Of a stretch of 64,000 nucleotides of DNA, positions 16,723-25,596 are shown one piece after another. Location: the NCBI GenBank assembly GCA_039715015.1, contig JBDLIE010000005.1, positions 5,575 through 69,574 on the forward strand, read 5' to 3'. This stretch comes from Thermodesulfobacteriota bacterium. GTDB taxonomy: Bacteria; Desulfobacterota; Desulfobulbia; Desulfobulbales; SURF-16. Made by a program: the position numbers and the translations under genes. Below the pieces are notes generated by a model that saw nothing but the letters and a program-made list of their open reading frames with translations, made no database searches and was not told the origin of the DNA. Every line of letters starts with the position of its first letter. Positions within the stretch are counted from its first letter, which is position 1.

Positions 16723-17577
16723 ATGCTAAAGAAAATCTCCACACTCCTTGAAATGATCAAGTTCAAGCACACGGTATTCGCACTTCCTTTTGCTTTCATG
16801 GGTGCCTGGCTTGCCCAGGGCGGAGTGCCTGGTGGCATGGTTTTTATGTGGATTGTCTTGGCCATGGCCGGAGCCAGAACAAGCGCCATGGGTTTTAACC
16901 GGATTATTGATGCCCGTTTCGATAAGGAGAACCCCCGTACGGCCAGCCGGGCTATCCCAGCTGGAGACATCAAGATGGTTGAGGCCTGGGCCATGGTTAT
17001 TATAGCGACCATTCTTTTTTTTGTGGCCTGTGCCCAGCTTAACCCCCTGACCCTGAAGCTTTCCCCCTTTGCTTTGGGTCTCACCCTTTTTTATTCATAC
17101 ACCAAGCGCTTTACCTGGTTTTGCCATGTGGTTCTCGGCGTGGCTTTGGCCTTTTCTCCCTTGGGTGGTTTTGTTGCCGTAAAGGGTTCCTTTGACAATT
17201 TTCCTTGGATGCTTTCGGCAGCAGTTCTCTTCTGGGTTGCCGGTTTTGATGCTGTTTACGCCTGTCTGGATGCCGATTTTGATAGGAAGCGAGGGCTTCA
17301 TTCCATGCCAGCCCGTTTCGGGAGAGAGGGTGCCTTTAAGCTGGCTGTTCTCTTTCATGCCATCGCCTTTGTCCTCTTTACCTATACAGGGTTATATTGC
17401 CGTCTTAATATCTACTACTTCCTTGGTGTTGCCATCACTGGCCTGGCCCTTTTTTATCAGCACCTCATTGTTAATCCAAGGGATCTCTCCAATATCAGCA
17501 TGAGTTTTTTTACCATGAATGGCATTATAAGTGTCACCCTCTTTGCTGCCACTTGGTTGTCCATCCTCACCTCTTAA
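16723..17577 (+). CDS. UbiA-family aromatic prenyltransferase (MqnP-like)
   Basis: GFNRIIDARFDKENPRTASRAIPAG (NxxxDxxxD) and a second Asp-rich motif CLDADFDRKRG. Polytopic. Confidence 0.8.
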   Translation: MLKKISTLLEMIKFKHTVFALPFAFMGAWLAQGGVPGGMVFMWIVLAMAGARTSAMGFNRIIDARFDKENPRTASRAIPAGDIKMVEAWAMVIIATILFFVACAQLNPLTLKLSPFALGLTLFYSYTKRFTWFCHVVLGVALAFSPLGGFVAVKGSFDNFPWMLSAAVLFWVAGFDAVYACLDADFDRKRGLHSMPARFGREGAFKLAVLFHAIAFVLFTYTGLYCRLNIYYFLGVAITGLALFYQHLIVNPRDLSNISMSFFTMNGIISVTLFAATWLSILTS

Positions 17578-17716
17578 AGATCTTTTCTTGGCGCATTCTT
17601 TAGGCCGCCTCATTTCAGCATTGATTTTTAACTGCCTTTTATGACAACATTAAAATGTTGTTAAGCAGAGGTGTCGTCATAAATAAAGGCCAAGGGCGTG
17701 AGGGAGAGTTTTATCA

Positions 17717-18700
17717 ATGAGTCAGCAAAGTAGCTTGAATCAATCAAAGATTCTTTTAGAGGTCGGTACCAATGAGCTTGAGGTAATTACCTTTTATCTA
17801 GAGTTTGTCGACCCGAACACAGGAAAACTTACCAAGAATGCCTTTGGGATCAATGCCGCCAAGGTGCGTGAGTTAGTCGCATTGCCAGATGATGTTACAG
17901 ACGTAATTAATAGTCCTGACTGTGTGAAGGGTGTTTTCTTGTTGAGGGACGCCACCATTCCTCTGGTGGACATAAGTGAGTATTTTGGCTTCGAGGTTGA
18001 AAATACCCCGGAGTTCCAAAAGAAATGCGTTGTAATTGTTGCTGAATTAAACGGTAAGGCCTTCGGTTTCATTTCCCACGGCGTGGATAAGGTCCATCGT
18101 ATCTCTTGGAGCCAGATAACTCCTCCTCCTGAAATTATTGCTGCCAATGCCTCCATCACCGGTATCTGTTTGCTTGATGGCCAGACCATTCAAATGGTGG
18201 ATTTCGAGAAGATTACCGCAGACATTGACCCATCAATGATGATGCGCAGCGATCGTGACGAGAAACAATCGTCATTAATTGAAGATAAATATTCCAAAGA
18301 GGTAGTTGTTGCTGATGACTCCCGGGTGATCTTGATGCAGCTCTCCAGTACCTTGCAGAAGGCCGGTTTCCATGTGAAAGCCCATCCAGATGGCCTGTTT
18401 GCCTGGGAATATTTAGAGGGTCTCCGGGAGGCAGGTGAACTTGATGAAAAAGTCTTGGCAATCATTTCTGATATTGAGATGCCCCGGATGGATGGACACC
18501 ATTTTTGTATTCAAGTAAGAAAGAGCGCGGCCTACAGTAAAATCCCAATAATTCTTTTTTCATCGATGATCAACGATGCCCTGAGAAAGAAAGGGGTTGC
18601 TGTGGGAGCAGACGATCAAGTAACAAAGCCGGAACTTGACACACTTATAGAGCGCCTTGAGCAGTGCGTCTCTCGACGTAATCCTGAATATGATAATTGA
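17717..18700 (+). CDS. cheV: chemotaxis protein CheV (CheW domain plus receiver domain)
   Basis: N-terminal CheW-like region (LEVGTNELEVITFYL...FGINAAKVREL) and C-terminal REC (VVVADDS...ISDIEMPRMDG...K). Confidence 0.8.
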   Translation: MSQQSSLNQSKILLEVGTNELEVITFYLEFVDPNTGKLTKNAFGINAAKVRELVALPDDVTDVINSPDCVKGVFLLRDATIPLVDISEYFGFEVENTPEFQKKCVVIVAELNGKAFGFISHGVDKVHRISWSQITPPPEIIAANASITGICLLDGQTIQMVDFEKITADIDPSMMMRSDRDEKQSSLIEDKYSKEVVVADDSRVILMQLSSTLQKAGFHVKAHPDGLFAWEYLEGLREAGELDEKVLAIISDIEMPRMDGHHFCIQVRKSAAYSKIPIILFSSMINDALRKKGVAVGADDQVTKPELDTLIERLEQCVSRRNPEYDN

Positions 18701-18727
18701 TTAGGGGCTGTCTGCACTCATTCTTGC

Positions 18728-20452
18728 TCAGAGGAGCCCTATCTCAGCGAGCATGGTTTTTGCTGTCTCGAAAAGGTCGTTCTTGCCGTTCTCCGTCCTT
18801 GATTCGACGTAAAATCGAACCTTTGGTTCAGTGCCGGAGGGTCTAATGAGCAGCCAGCTCTTGTCCTCAAAGATAAGCTTGAGGCCATCAATATCTATCA
18901 CATCTGATACATTCTTTGTTTCTGGGCCAACCTGAATGGATGACCCTTTGTTATACTTTTTTAACTGATCAAGGGTTTCTTGCAGTTCTGTTCCTTGCTG
19001 GCTGACAACAACTCCATCCTTTGCCGGGAAAAAGGCCCCATACTCACTGGTGATTTCTCTAAAATAATCACCGAGATTTTGTTTGCGGCTTACCACCATG
19101 TCTATGGCCAACATAAGGCCGACATAGGCGTCTTTTTCCGGAGTGTGGCCGATGACAGTGATTCCGTCAGATTCTTCAAAGCAGACCAGAGCCTTATCTA
19201 TTACCGGCTTAAACTCTTTAAATCCCACCCTGGGTTCAAAGACTTCTTCTTGAAAGGCTGCGGCAAGGGCATTGGCCATATTGCTGGTGGCAACGGTTTT
19301 GGCAACCATACCTTTTATCCCTTTCCCTTCATGGAGGAAATGGTAGGCCATGGCGCCGAAGACATTCATGTCGATTTCAGTGGTGCCGTCAGTGAAGCGA
19401 ATCCTATCGCCGTCAGGATCCATAATAACGCCGATCTTAAGGGGCTGGGGCTTGTCGTTTAATGCCTCATTGACCAAAACCATATTGGCTGTTGATGGCT
19501 CTGGGGCAACCCCTCCAAAGGTGGGGTCAGCATTGGAACGGATTTTGACGAATCTCTCAGGGGGAAGAGACTTAAAGAAGCGGTCAATATGTATTCTCGT
19601 CGCACCATGAACAGGGTCCGCCGCCACAACAATGTCAGGATTATCAGCCAAGCTGGCCATTATCTCGTCGTAGTTAAGGCCGTGTTGATGACTGCTCTTC
19701 TTGAAGCGATCAAGCCAGAGATCCAAGGCATTACAATCCTTTATGAGGTTTTTATCGGGAACAGGTTCAAACTGCACCTCTTGGTCGATGAATTGCTGGG
19801 TAAGCTCAGTGATGCGCGTGGTGAGAATAGGGGCTGCCGGTCCACCATCCGCTGCGTTATATTTAAACCCAGCGTACTCCAGGGGGTTGTGACTTGGAGT
19901 AAGGTTGATGGAAAATGCGGCGCCAAGTTCGAGAACGGTTGCTGATAGAGCACCTGTTGTCGATTCACCTGCGTAATGAACTGTGAAGCCAAGAGAGGTG
20001 AGAACATCACAGGAAATCCCTGCAAACAGGTGACCGCCAAAACGGTTGTCGAAACCGATGACAGCCCCCATTTTCCTCGCTTTATCAAGGGAATCTACTC
20101 CTAGCTGACCGGCGAGTTCCTGGTTGTGCTGGAGGTCAAGATACATCTGGGCTATGGCACGCGTTACGAGCTTAACAGTGTATAAATTGATGTCTTTGCC
20201 AATGATGCCTCGCCAACCAGAAGTGCCAAATTTGACAGGGGTGCGTGGCGGTTTATCGTTGGATTTAATTTCCTTTTCTATTTTGGTGTAGACCTGTTCG
20301 ATTTTTTCTTGGCAGGAAAGATAATCCTTTGATTCGGCAACTGTCTTATTGCGTTCATTCACTAGCATTTTAATGATTTGAAAATAGTCGTGGTCGGCAT
20401 GACTACCCTTGTTTAAATCTGTAAAAAGTTGATTTAGTTTATCTCCAGCCAT
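18728..20452 (-). CDS. alpha-D-phosphohexomutase (phosphoglucomutase/phosphomannomutase family)
   Basis: Active-site loop TPSHNP, metal loop DPDGDR, and C-terminal RPSGTEP. Confidence 0.85.
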   Translation of the reverse strand: MAGDKLNQLFTDLNKGSHADHDYFQIIKMLVNERNKTVAESKDYLSCQEKIEQVYTKIEKEIKSNDKPPRTPVKFGTSGWRGIIGKDINLYTVKLVTRAIAQMYLDLQHNQELAGQLGVDSLDKARKMGAVIGFDNRFGGHLFAGISCDVLTSLGFTVHYAGESTTGALSATVLELGAAFSINLTPSHNPLEYAGFKYNAADGGPAAPILTTRITELTQQFIDQEVQFEPVPDKNLIKDCNALDLWLDRFKKSSHQHGLNYDEIMASLADNPDIVVAADPVHGATRIHIDRFFKSLPPERFVKIRSNADPTFGGVAPEPSTANMVLVNEALNDKPQPLKIGVIMDPDGDRIRFTDGTTEIDMNVFGAMAYHFLHEGKGIKGMVAKTVATSNMANALAAAFQEEVFEPRVGFKEFKPVIDKALVCFEESDGITVIGHTPEKDAYVGLMLAIDMVVSRKQNLGDYFREITSEYGAFFPAKDGVVVSQQGTELQETLDQLKKYNKGSSIQVGPETKNVSDVIDIDGLKLIFEDKSWLLIRPSGTEPKVRFYVESRTENGKNDLFETAKTMLAEIGLL

Positions 20453-21023
20453 AATCGTCCCCTGATAATTTTAAAGAAAAAAGCTTGTTATGATTTTGCC
20501 GACAATATTTCCGGGAATCAAGTTTAAATTATTGTCGAATTTTGTGCAGGTGTTTATACGTAGCACCTGACATCTTTATTGCGTATTGAAAGGGCTTCAT
20601 TGATTGAGAAAAAAGAAATGGTAATAGTTGTCCTAAAAAGGCATGGGCCTAGGTGTATATGCCTAGGCGGTATGCTGGTGAGGAAAAGTTATTTTATGGG
20701 TTGCCACCGTAATCAGAAATCACCCTATAACCTCTTGAAAATAAAGTAAAAAAAATCAAGTTTGTTTTTGACAAGATTGACCTGGTTTTCTTCTCTTAAA
20801 AACTCAATGTTTTCGCACTGTTTAGGGTTGACCATGCGGTTAAGATTAGCTATATGAGATGTAATCTTTAGTCGGATAAATAAGACATCTTGATTGCTCA
20901 TTTTCCACGAGGGAGCAACATCGCTTTACATCCTCTTTCCATCCAGCTAGAGTTTTTAACTCTACACAGTCTTTAGTAAACAATATCTATCGTACAAATT
21001 TAACCTTTTCAGGAGTAAACGAA

Positions 21024-23465
21024 ATGGCAGATAAACATGACGAGGCCTTCATCCTTTGGTTTGATGACATCGGCATTGACGATGTCCCCCTGGTCGGCGG
21101 CAAAAATGCCTCTTTGGGCGAGATGTACCAACATCTCACTGGAAAAGGAGTGGCAGTTCCCCATGGCTTTGCTATCACGGCCTATGCCTATCGTTACCTT
21201 CTGAAGCACGCAGGCATTGAAGACGATATTAAGGAGGTTCTTTCTGATCTTGATACCGAAGATATGCATAATCTTGCTGAGCGCGGCGAAAAATGCCGTA
21301 ACATCATTCGCCACGCTAAGTTCCCGGATGATCTTCGCGATGCCATCATTGAGGCATACCAGAAAATGGAAGCCGAGTATGGCGAGAATGTTGATGTAGC
21401 GGTTCGTTCCTCGGCCACGGCTGAGGATCTTCCGGATGCCTCTTTTGCCGGGCAGCAGGAGACCTATCTTAACATCCACGGTTATGAGAATATCATTGAG
21501 AATTGCCGGAAATGTTTTGCCTCTCTCTTTACCAATCGGGCAATCTCTTATCGTAAGCATCAAGGCTATGGTCAGTTTGACGTCTATCTTTCCATTACCA
21601 TTCAGAAGATGGTTCGTTCCGACTCCTCCTCCTCCGGTGTTTTGTTCTCCATTGATACCGAGTCTGGTTTTCAGGACGCCGTTTTCATCACCGGCGCCTG
21701 GGGACTTGGCGAGAATGTTGTTCAGGGTGCGGTGAATCCTGATGAGTATTATGTCTACAAGCCTACCCTGAAAGAGGGTAAGCGCCCCATCGTTTCTAAG
21801 CGTGTCGGCTCAAAAGAGATCAAAATGATCTACGACAATGATCCTTCCACCAATGAACCGGTGCAAAATATTGACACCACCCCTGAAGAGCGCAACTCCT
21901 TTGTTGTCAATGATGATGAAATTCTCCAGCTTGCCAAATGGGCCTGTATTATTGAGGACCATTACGGTAAGGGCATGGATATTGAGTGGGCCAAGGATGG
22001 TGATGGCGTTAATGTCGGTACCGGCAATCTTTTTATCGTCCAGGCCCGTCCTGAAACTGTTCATTCCCAGGCCTCCAAGCGCACCATGGAGACCTATAAG
22101 CTGCAAGAGACTGGCGATGTCGTTGTTGAAGGGCTGGCCGTCGGTGCTAAGATCGGGCAGGGTACAGCGCATTGTATTGATGATGTTGCTGATATCCATA
22201 CCTTCAAGAAGGGAGAGGTTCTTGTCACTGATATGACCGATCCTGATTGGGAACCGATCATGAAGATCGCCGGCGCCATTGTCACCAACCGTGGTGGTCG
22301 TACCTGCCATGCTGCTATTATTTCCCGCGAGCTTGGTATCCCCTGTGTTATTGGTACCGGTAACGGCTCTGTCCTCATTAAAAATGGGCAGGATATTACC
22401 GTTTCTTCCGCTGAGGGTGAGACAGGCTACGTCTACGACGGTATACTTAAGTTTGATATCGAGAGGCTCGATCTGGATGAGGTCCCTGAGACCAAGACTA
22501 AGATCATGATGAATGTCGGTATTCCTGAGAAGGCCTTTACCGAATGCCAGATCCCCAACGAGGGCGTTGGCCTTGCCCGTGAGGAGTTTATTATTAACTC
22601 CCATATCGGTATCCATCCCCTTGCTCTCATGAATTATGAAGAGTTGAAAAACTCCGATGATCCTGAAAAGCAGGCCGTTGCTAAGCAGATTGACGAGCGC
22701 ACAGGCGCCTATCCAGACAAGAAGCAATTTTTCATTGATAAGGTTGCTGAGGGTGTGGGGCGTATTGCTGCTGGTTTCTATCCTAAGGATGTCATCGTCC
22801 GCCTTTCCGACTTTAAGAGTAACGAATATGCTAACCTGGTTGGTGGTCAATTCTATGAGCCGGATGAAGAAAACCCGATGATCGGCTGGCGTGGCGCTTC
22901 CCGTTATTACGATCCCAAATATCGCCCTGCCTTTGAGCTTGAATGTGAAGGACTGAAGAAGGCCCGGAACGACATGGGGCTCAACAACATCAAGCTTATG
23001 GTTCCCTTCTGCCGCACCCCGGAAGAGGGTAAAAAGGTCATCGATGTCATGAAGGACTGCGGTCTTGTTCAGGGCGAAAACGGCCTGGAGCTCTACGTTA
23101 TGTGCGAGATCCCCAGTAATGTTATTTCAGCCGATGCCTTTGCCGACATCTTTGATGGTTTTTCCATCGGCTCCAATGATCTTACCCAGCTTACCTACGG
23201 ACTTGACCGTGATTCCGGCCTCATTGCCGGAATTGCTGATGAACGTAATGAAGCGGTTAAAGATATGATTAAGATGGTTATTGCCACTGCTCAACGGCGT
23301 GGTAAGAAGATTGGTATCTGTGGTCAGGGTCCTTCTGATTTTCCTGATTTTGCCACCTTTCTTGTTGAGCTTGGCATCGACTCCATGAGTCTTATCCCTG
23401 ATACCGCCATCAAAACCAGATTGGCAGTTCATGAAAAAGAAAAGGAATTGGGCATTGCTCCCTGA
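21024..23465 (+). CDS. ppsA: phosphoenolpyruvate synthase
   Basis: 813 aa. GGKNASLGEM ATP-grasp N-terminus, phospho-His swivel GGRTCHAAIISRELGIPCVIG, and C-terminal PEP-utilizer GSNDLTQ. Confidence 0.95.
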   Translation: MADKHDEAFILWFDDIGIDDVPLVGGKNASLGEMYQHLTGKGVAVPHGFAITAYAYRYLLKHAGIEDDIKEVLSDLDTEDMHNLAERGEKCRNIIRHAKFPDDLRDAIIEAYQKMEAEYGENVDVAVRSSATAEDLPDASFAGQQETYLNIHGYENIIENCRKCFASLFTNRAISYRKHQGYGQFDVYLSITIQKMVRSDSSSSGVLFSIDTESGFQDAVFITGAWGLGENVVQGAVNPDEYYVYKPTLKEGKRPIVSKRVGSKEIKMIYDNDPSTNEPVQNIDTTPEERNSFVVNDDEILQLAKWACIIEDHYGKGMDIEWAKDGDGVNVGTGNLFIVQARPETVHSQASKRTMETYKLQETGDVVVEGLAVGAKIGQGTAHCIDDVADIHTFKKGEVLVTDMTDPDWEPIMKIAGAIVTNRGGRTCHAAIISRELGIPCVIGTGNGSVLIKNGQDITVSSAEGETGYVYDGILKFDIERLDLDEVPETKTKIMMNVGIPEKAFTECQIPNEGVGLAREEFIINSHIGIHPLALMNYEELKNSDDPEKQAVAKQIDERTGAYPDKKQFFIDKVAEGVGRIAAGFYPKDVIVRLSDFKSNEYANLVGGQFYEPDEENPMIGWRGASRYYDPKYRPAFELECEGLKKARNDMGLNNIKLMVPFCRTPEEGKKVIDVMKDCGLVQGENGLELYVMCEIPSNVISADAFADIFDGFSIGSNDLTQLTYGLDRDSGLIAGIADERNEAVKDMIKMVIATAQRRGKKIGICGQGPSDFPDFATFLVELGIDSMSLIPDTAIKTRLAVHEKEKELGIAP

Positions 23466-23490
23466 TTCTAACTTTCTTGATAGTGCAAAT

Positions 23491-23530
23491 AAAAAAGGCT
23501 TATTCCTTAGCGGGAATAAGCCTTTTTTAT
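23491..23530 (+). terminator. rho-independent terminator of ppsA
   Basis: aaggcttattcc / ggaataagcctt stem followed by a T-run. Confidence 0.8.
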
Positions 23531-23535
23531 TTGTC

Positions 23536-23825
23536 CATCACGGATTACCGTGGAACTTCTGGTTTTAAAGGTTTTGATTTTGCTTTTCCCCATTCAGGCC
23601 TGAGCGAGCAGGGAGCTGGGCAAGGCGAAGAGCATTGCAGCATGTCTGAGCGCAAGCGAGTTCCTGCAATGCCGCCTGGCACAGCGGAAGGCGAGTGGTG
23701 CCGAAGGCCAGGACTGTTAGGGGTGCCTTTTTTGGTTCGTTTTTGGGCAAGCAAAAATGAACAAAACAACATTCCTTGTAGAAAGGTAATACAGGGCACA
23801 GGCCTTCCCACCGTAATCCGTGATG
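23536..23825. mobile_element. MITE-like non-autonomous element (about 290 bp) with terminal inverted repeats and flanking direct repeats
   Basis: TIRs are catcacggattaccgtgg (23536-23553) and ccaccgtaatccgtgatg (23808-23825), 17 of 18 complementary. Near-identical direct repeats ccttttttatttg (23521-23533) and cctttttatttg (23828-23839) flank it. There is internal dyad symmetry (gcattgcag...ctgcaatgc) and no credible ORF. Confidence 0.6.
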
Positions 23826-23855
23826 ATCCTTTTTATTTGCTGTGCAGCACTTGTC

Positions 23856-24239
23856 TTAGAGTGGCTTTGAAAGTTCTAGGAGGTTTTGGTCAGGGTCTCT
23901 GAAATAGATGGATAAAAGGGAACCTTGGGCTCCAAGCCTCTGCACCGGGCCTTCAATAATTTGCACGCCATTTTCCTTTAGGAAAGAAATCACCTCGGCA
24001 AGTGAGGTTGTCGTCAGAAAGCAGAGGTCGGCTGAGCCTGGCGTTGGTGCGTGGGCTTTGGGTGAAAATTCAGCCCCTTTCTTGTGAAGATTTATCTTGT
24101 GAGTGCCAAAGGATAAAGAGACCCTGTTGTTGGCAGAAACAACCACTTTCATGGCAAGGATCTTAGAGTAGAACAGGCAGGTCTCCTCAATATCCCGAAC
24201 AGTAAGAACGAGATGATCTATCTCACTAATTTCTATCAA
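23856..24239 (-). CDS. VOC/glyoxalase-family protein
   Basis: IDHLVLTVRDIEETCLFYSKILAMKV is a typical glyoxalase/bleomycin-resistance fold N-terminus. 127 aa. Confidence 0.75.
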   Translation of the reverse strand: MIEISEIDHLVLTVRDIEETCLFYSKILAMKVVVSANNRVSLSFGTHKINLHKKGAEFSPKAHAPTPGSADLCFLTTTSLAEVISFLKENGVQIIEGPVQRLGAQGSLLSIYFRDPDQNLLELSKPL

Positions 24240-24373
24240 TTCTCATGAACGGTTCTGATTACCACCATGTTTCAGCCATTATCTCATCATCAAGCGACAA
24301 ATAGGGATCTTTAGAAGCTTCACCCCTGTGAGCAATGGACGGCCTGACGAGTCACAATTGTCTCTTTAATCGC

Positions 24374-24437
24374 CCGGAGGGCCGGGTGCCCCGCAGGAGA
24401 TAAGCGAAGACTTCGAATACCCTTGGGGTGCTCCTAC
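24374..24437 (+). repeat. 64-bp dispersed repeat, copy 1
   Basis: ccggagggccgggtgccccgcaggagataagcgaagacttcgaatacccttggggtgctcctac is the exact reverse complement of 37256-37319. Confidence 0.95.
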
Positions 24438-24516
24438 GGCATCATCCTGGGAAGGTGGCTGAAATTCGATGGTGATCAGATAAACGGTACAATAAAACCG
24501 TAGCCACCGGTAAATT

Positions 24517-25539
24517 TTACTGCAGCTTGCCTAAAAGCTTCTTGGCCTTGGCGGCCTGTTCCGATTTTGGATAGTAGGTAAGAATGTCCTTATAGAGTTT
24601 TTTCTGAACCATCTTGTCGCCGAAATGTTCAAAGGCTTTGGCTTGTTTAAGCAGGGCCTCAGGGGCTTTGGGGTGGCCTGGATAATCGGCAACGATGTTC
24701 TGGAATTCAAGAACAGCACCGCTATAATCACCACTCTTTAAAAGGCCTGAACCTAGCCAAAAGCGGGCATTGGGCACCAGCTTGCTGTTGTGGTGCCTGT
24801 CCAGAAAGGTGGTGAAGCTTGTAATGGCGCCCTTGTAATCTTCGCTACGATACTGGCCAAGCCCCAAATCATAAAGTTTTTCAGCAGGAGTCTTTGCTGA
24901 AGCTGGAACAGGGGCTGGTTGCTCTGTCTGGACAGGTGTTTTGGTGGAGACCGAAGAACCTGTCTTCTTCTTTTTATGGATACGCGGAGTAATTTCTTTA
25001 GTCTGGTCAGAAGCTGTTGCGGTAGCCGCCTGGGCGGCAGCTGCAACAGCAGCCCTTCTTTTCGCGTCTTTAGCAGCCTGCAAGGCATCTAGGGCTCGTT
25101 GTTCTGCTTCTTCAGCCATTTTTGTCTTTATTTCAGTGATATTATCACCGAGTACTACAAGCTTTGCGGCGTTAGTTTGGCCCATGGCCTCAAGATTCAG
25201 GAGCCTATTGTCTAATTCTTGTTGGAGGCGAAGGTTTTCTTCCTGCAAGGTTCTGCTTCGATGTCTTGCCTCATCAAGTTGACCCTTAATTTGGAGAATT
25301 TCCATTGAAAGGCGCTCCAGTTCAGAAGATATAGAGGCCTGCTGTTTTTGCACGGACTGGGTGGCGCTAGTCCCGCCGCTGGATATTTGCTCCATCTGAT
25401 TTTCAATGTCAACAAGGCGATTATCCTGATTGCGAACGTTAAACTGGAGGTTTCTGAATTTTTGGCCGGTGACACAGCCGGAAAGCAGAGGAAGCAGAGA
25501 GAGAAAAAGGGTGCTACGGAGAAGAATTTTTTTTGTCAT
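24517..25539 (-). CDS. cpoB: Tol-Pal system protein YbgF/CpoB (coiled coil plus TPR)
   Basis: Long Q/E/L-rich coiled coil, Ala/Pro linker, and C-terminal TPR (YDLGLGQY...PNARFWLGSG...YPGHPKAPEALLKQA). Position after tolB. The start MTKKILL...LLSGC resembles a lipobox. Confidence 0.8.
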   Translation of the reverse strand: MTKKILLRSTLFLSLLPLLSGCVTGQKFRNLQFNVRNQDNRLVDIENQMEQISSGGTSATQSVQKQQASISSELERLSMEILQIKGQLDEARHRSRTLQEENLRLQQELDNRLLNLEAMGQTNAAKLVVLGDNITEIKTKMAEEAEQRALDALQAAKDAKRRAAVAAAAQAATATASDQTKEITPRIHKKKKTGSSVSTKTPVQTEQPAPVPASAKTPAEKLYDLGLGQYRSEDYKGAITSFTTFLDRHHNSKLVPNARFWLGSGLLKSGDYSGAVLEFQNIVADYPGHPKAPEALLKQAKAFEHFGDKMVQKKLYKDILTYYPKSEQAAKAKKLLGKLQ

Positions 25540-25596
25540 GATATTTATTGTCTGCGCTGAAGTGAGAGGCAAAAGTTATAAATTTCTACCTGACAA

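Noticed and set aside
21810-22850. 346-aa minus-strand ORF inside ppsA. Similar long antisense ORFs occur at 54516-55574, 15743-16432, 63220-63885, 51011-51613 and 21009-21563.
   Set aside because: All are fully embedded antisense to genes with strong family signatures. They have no recognisable motifs and show the biased composition typical of shadow ORFs.
23477-23902. 141-aa plus-strand ORF, and the antisense ORFs at 23545-23811 and 23565-23750
   Set aside because: They run through the terminator and the MITE-like element. They have low-complexity, repeat-derived sequence and no RBS or homology features.
24345-24372. Hammerhead-ribozyme-like ctgacgag next to the 64-bp repeat
   Set aside because: Only the CUGANGA-like word is present. 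No GAAA core or appropriately placed stems or cleavage triplet could be found.
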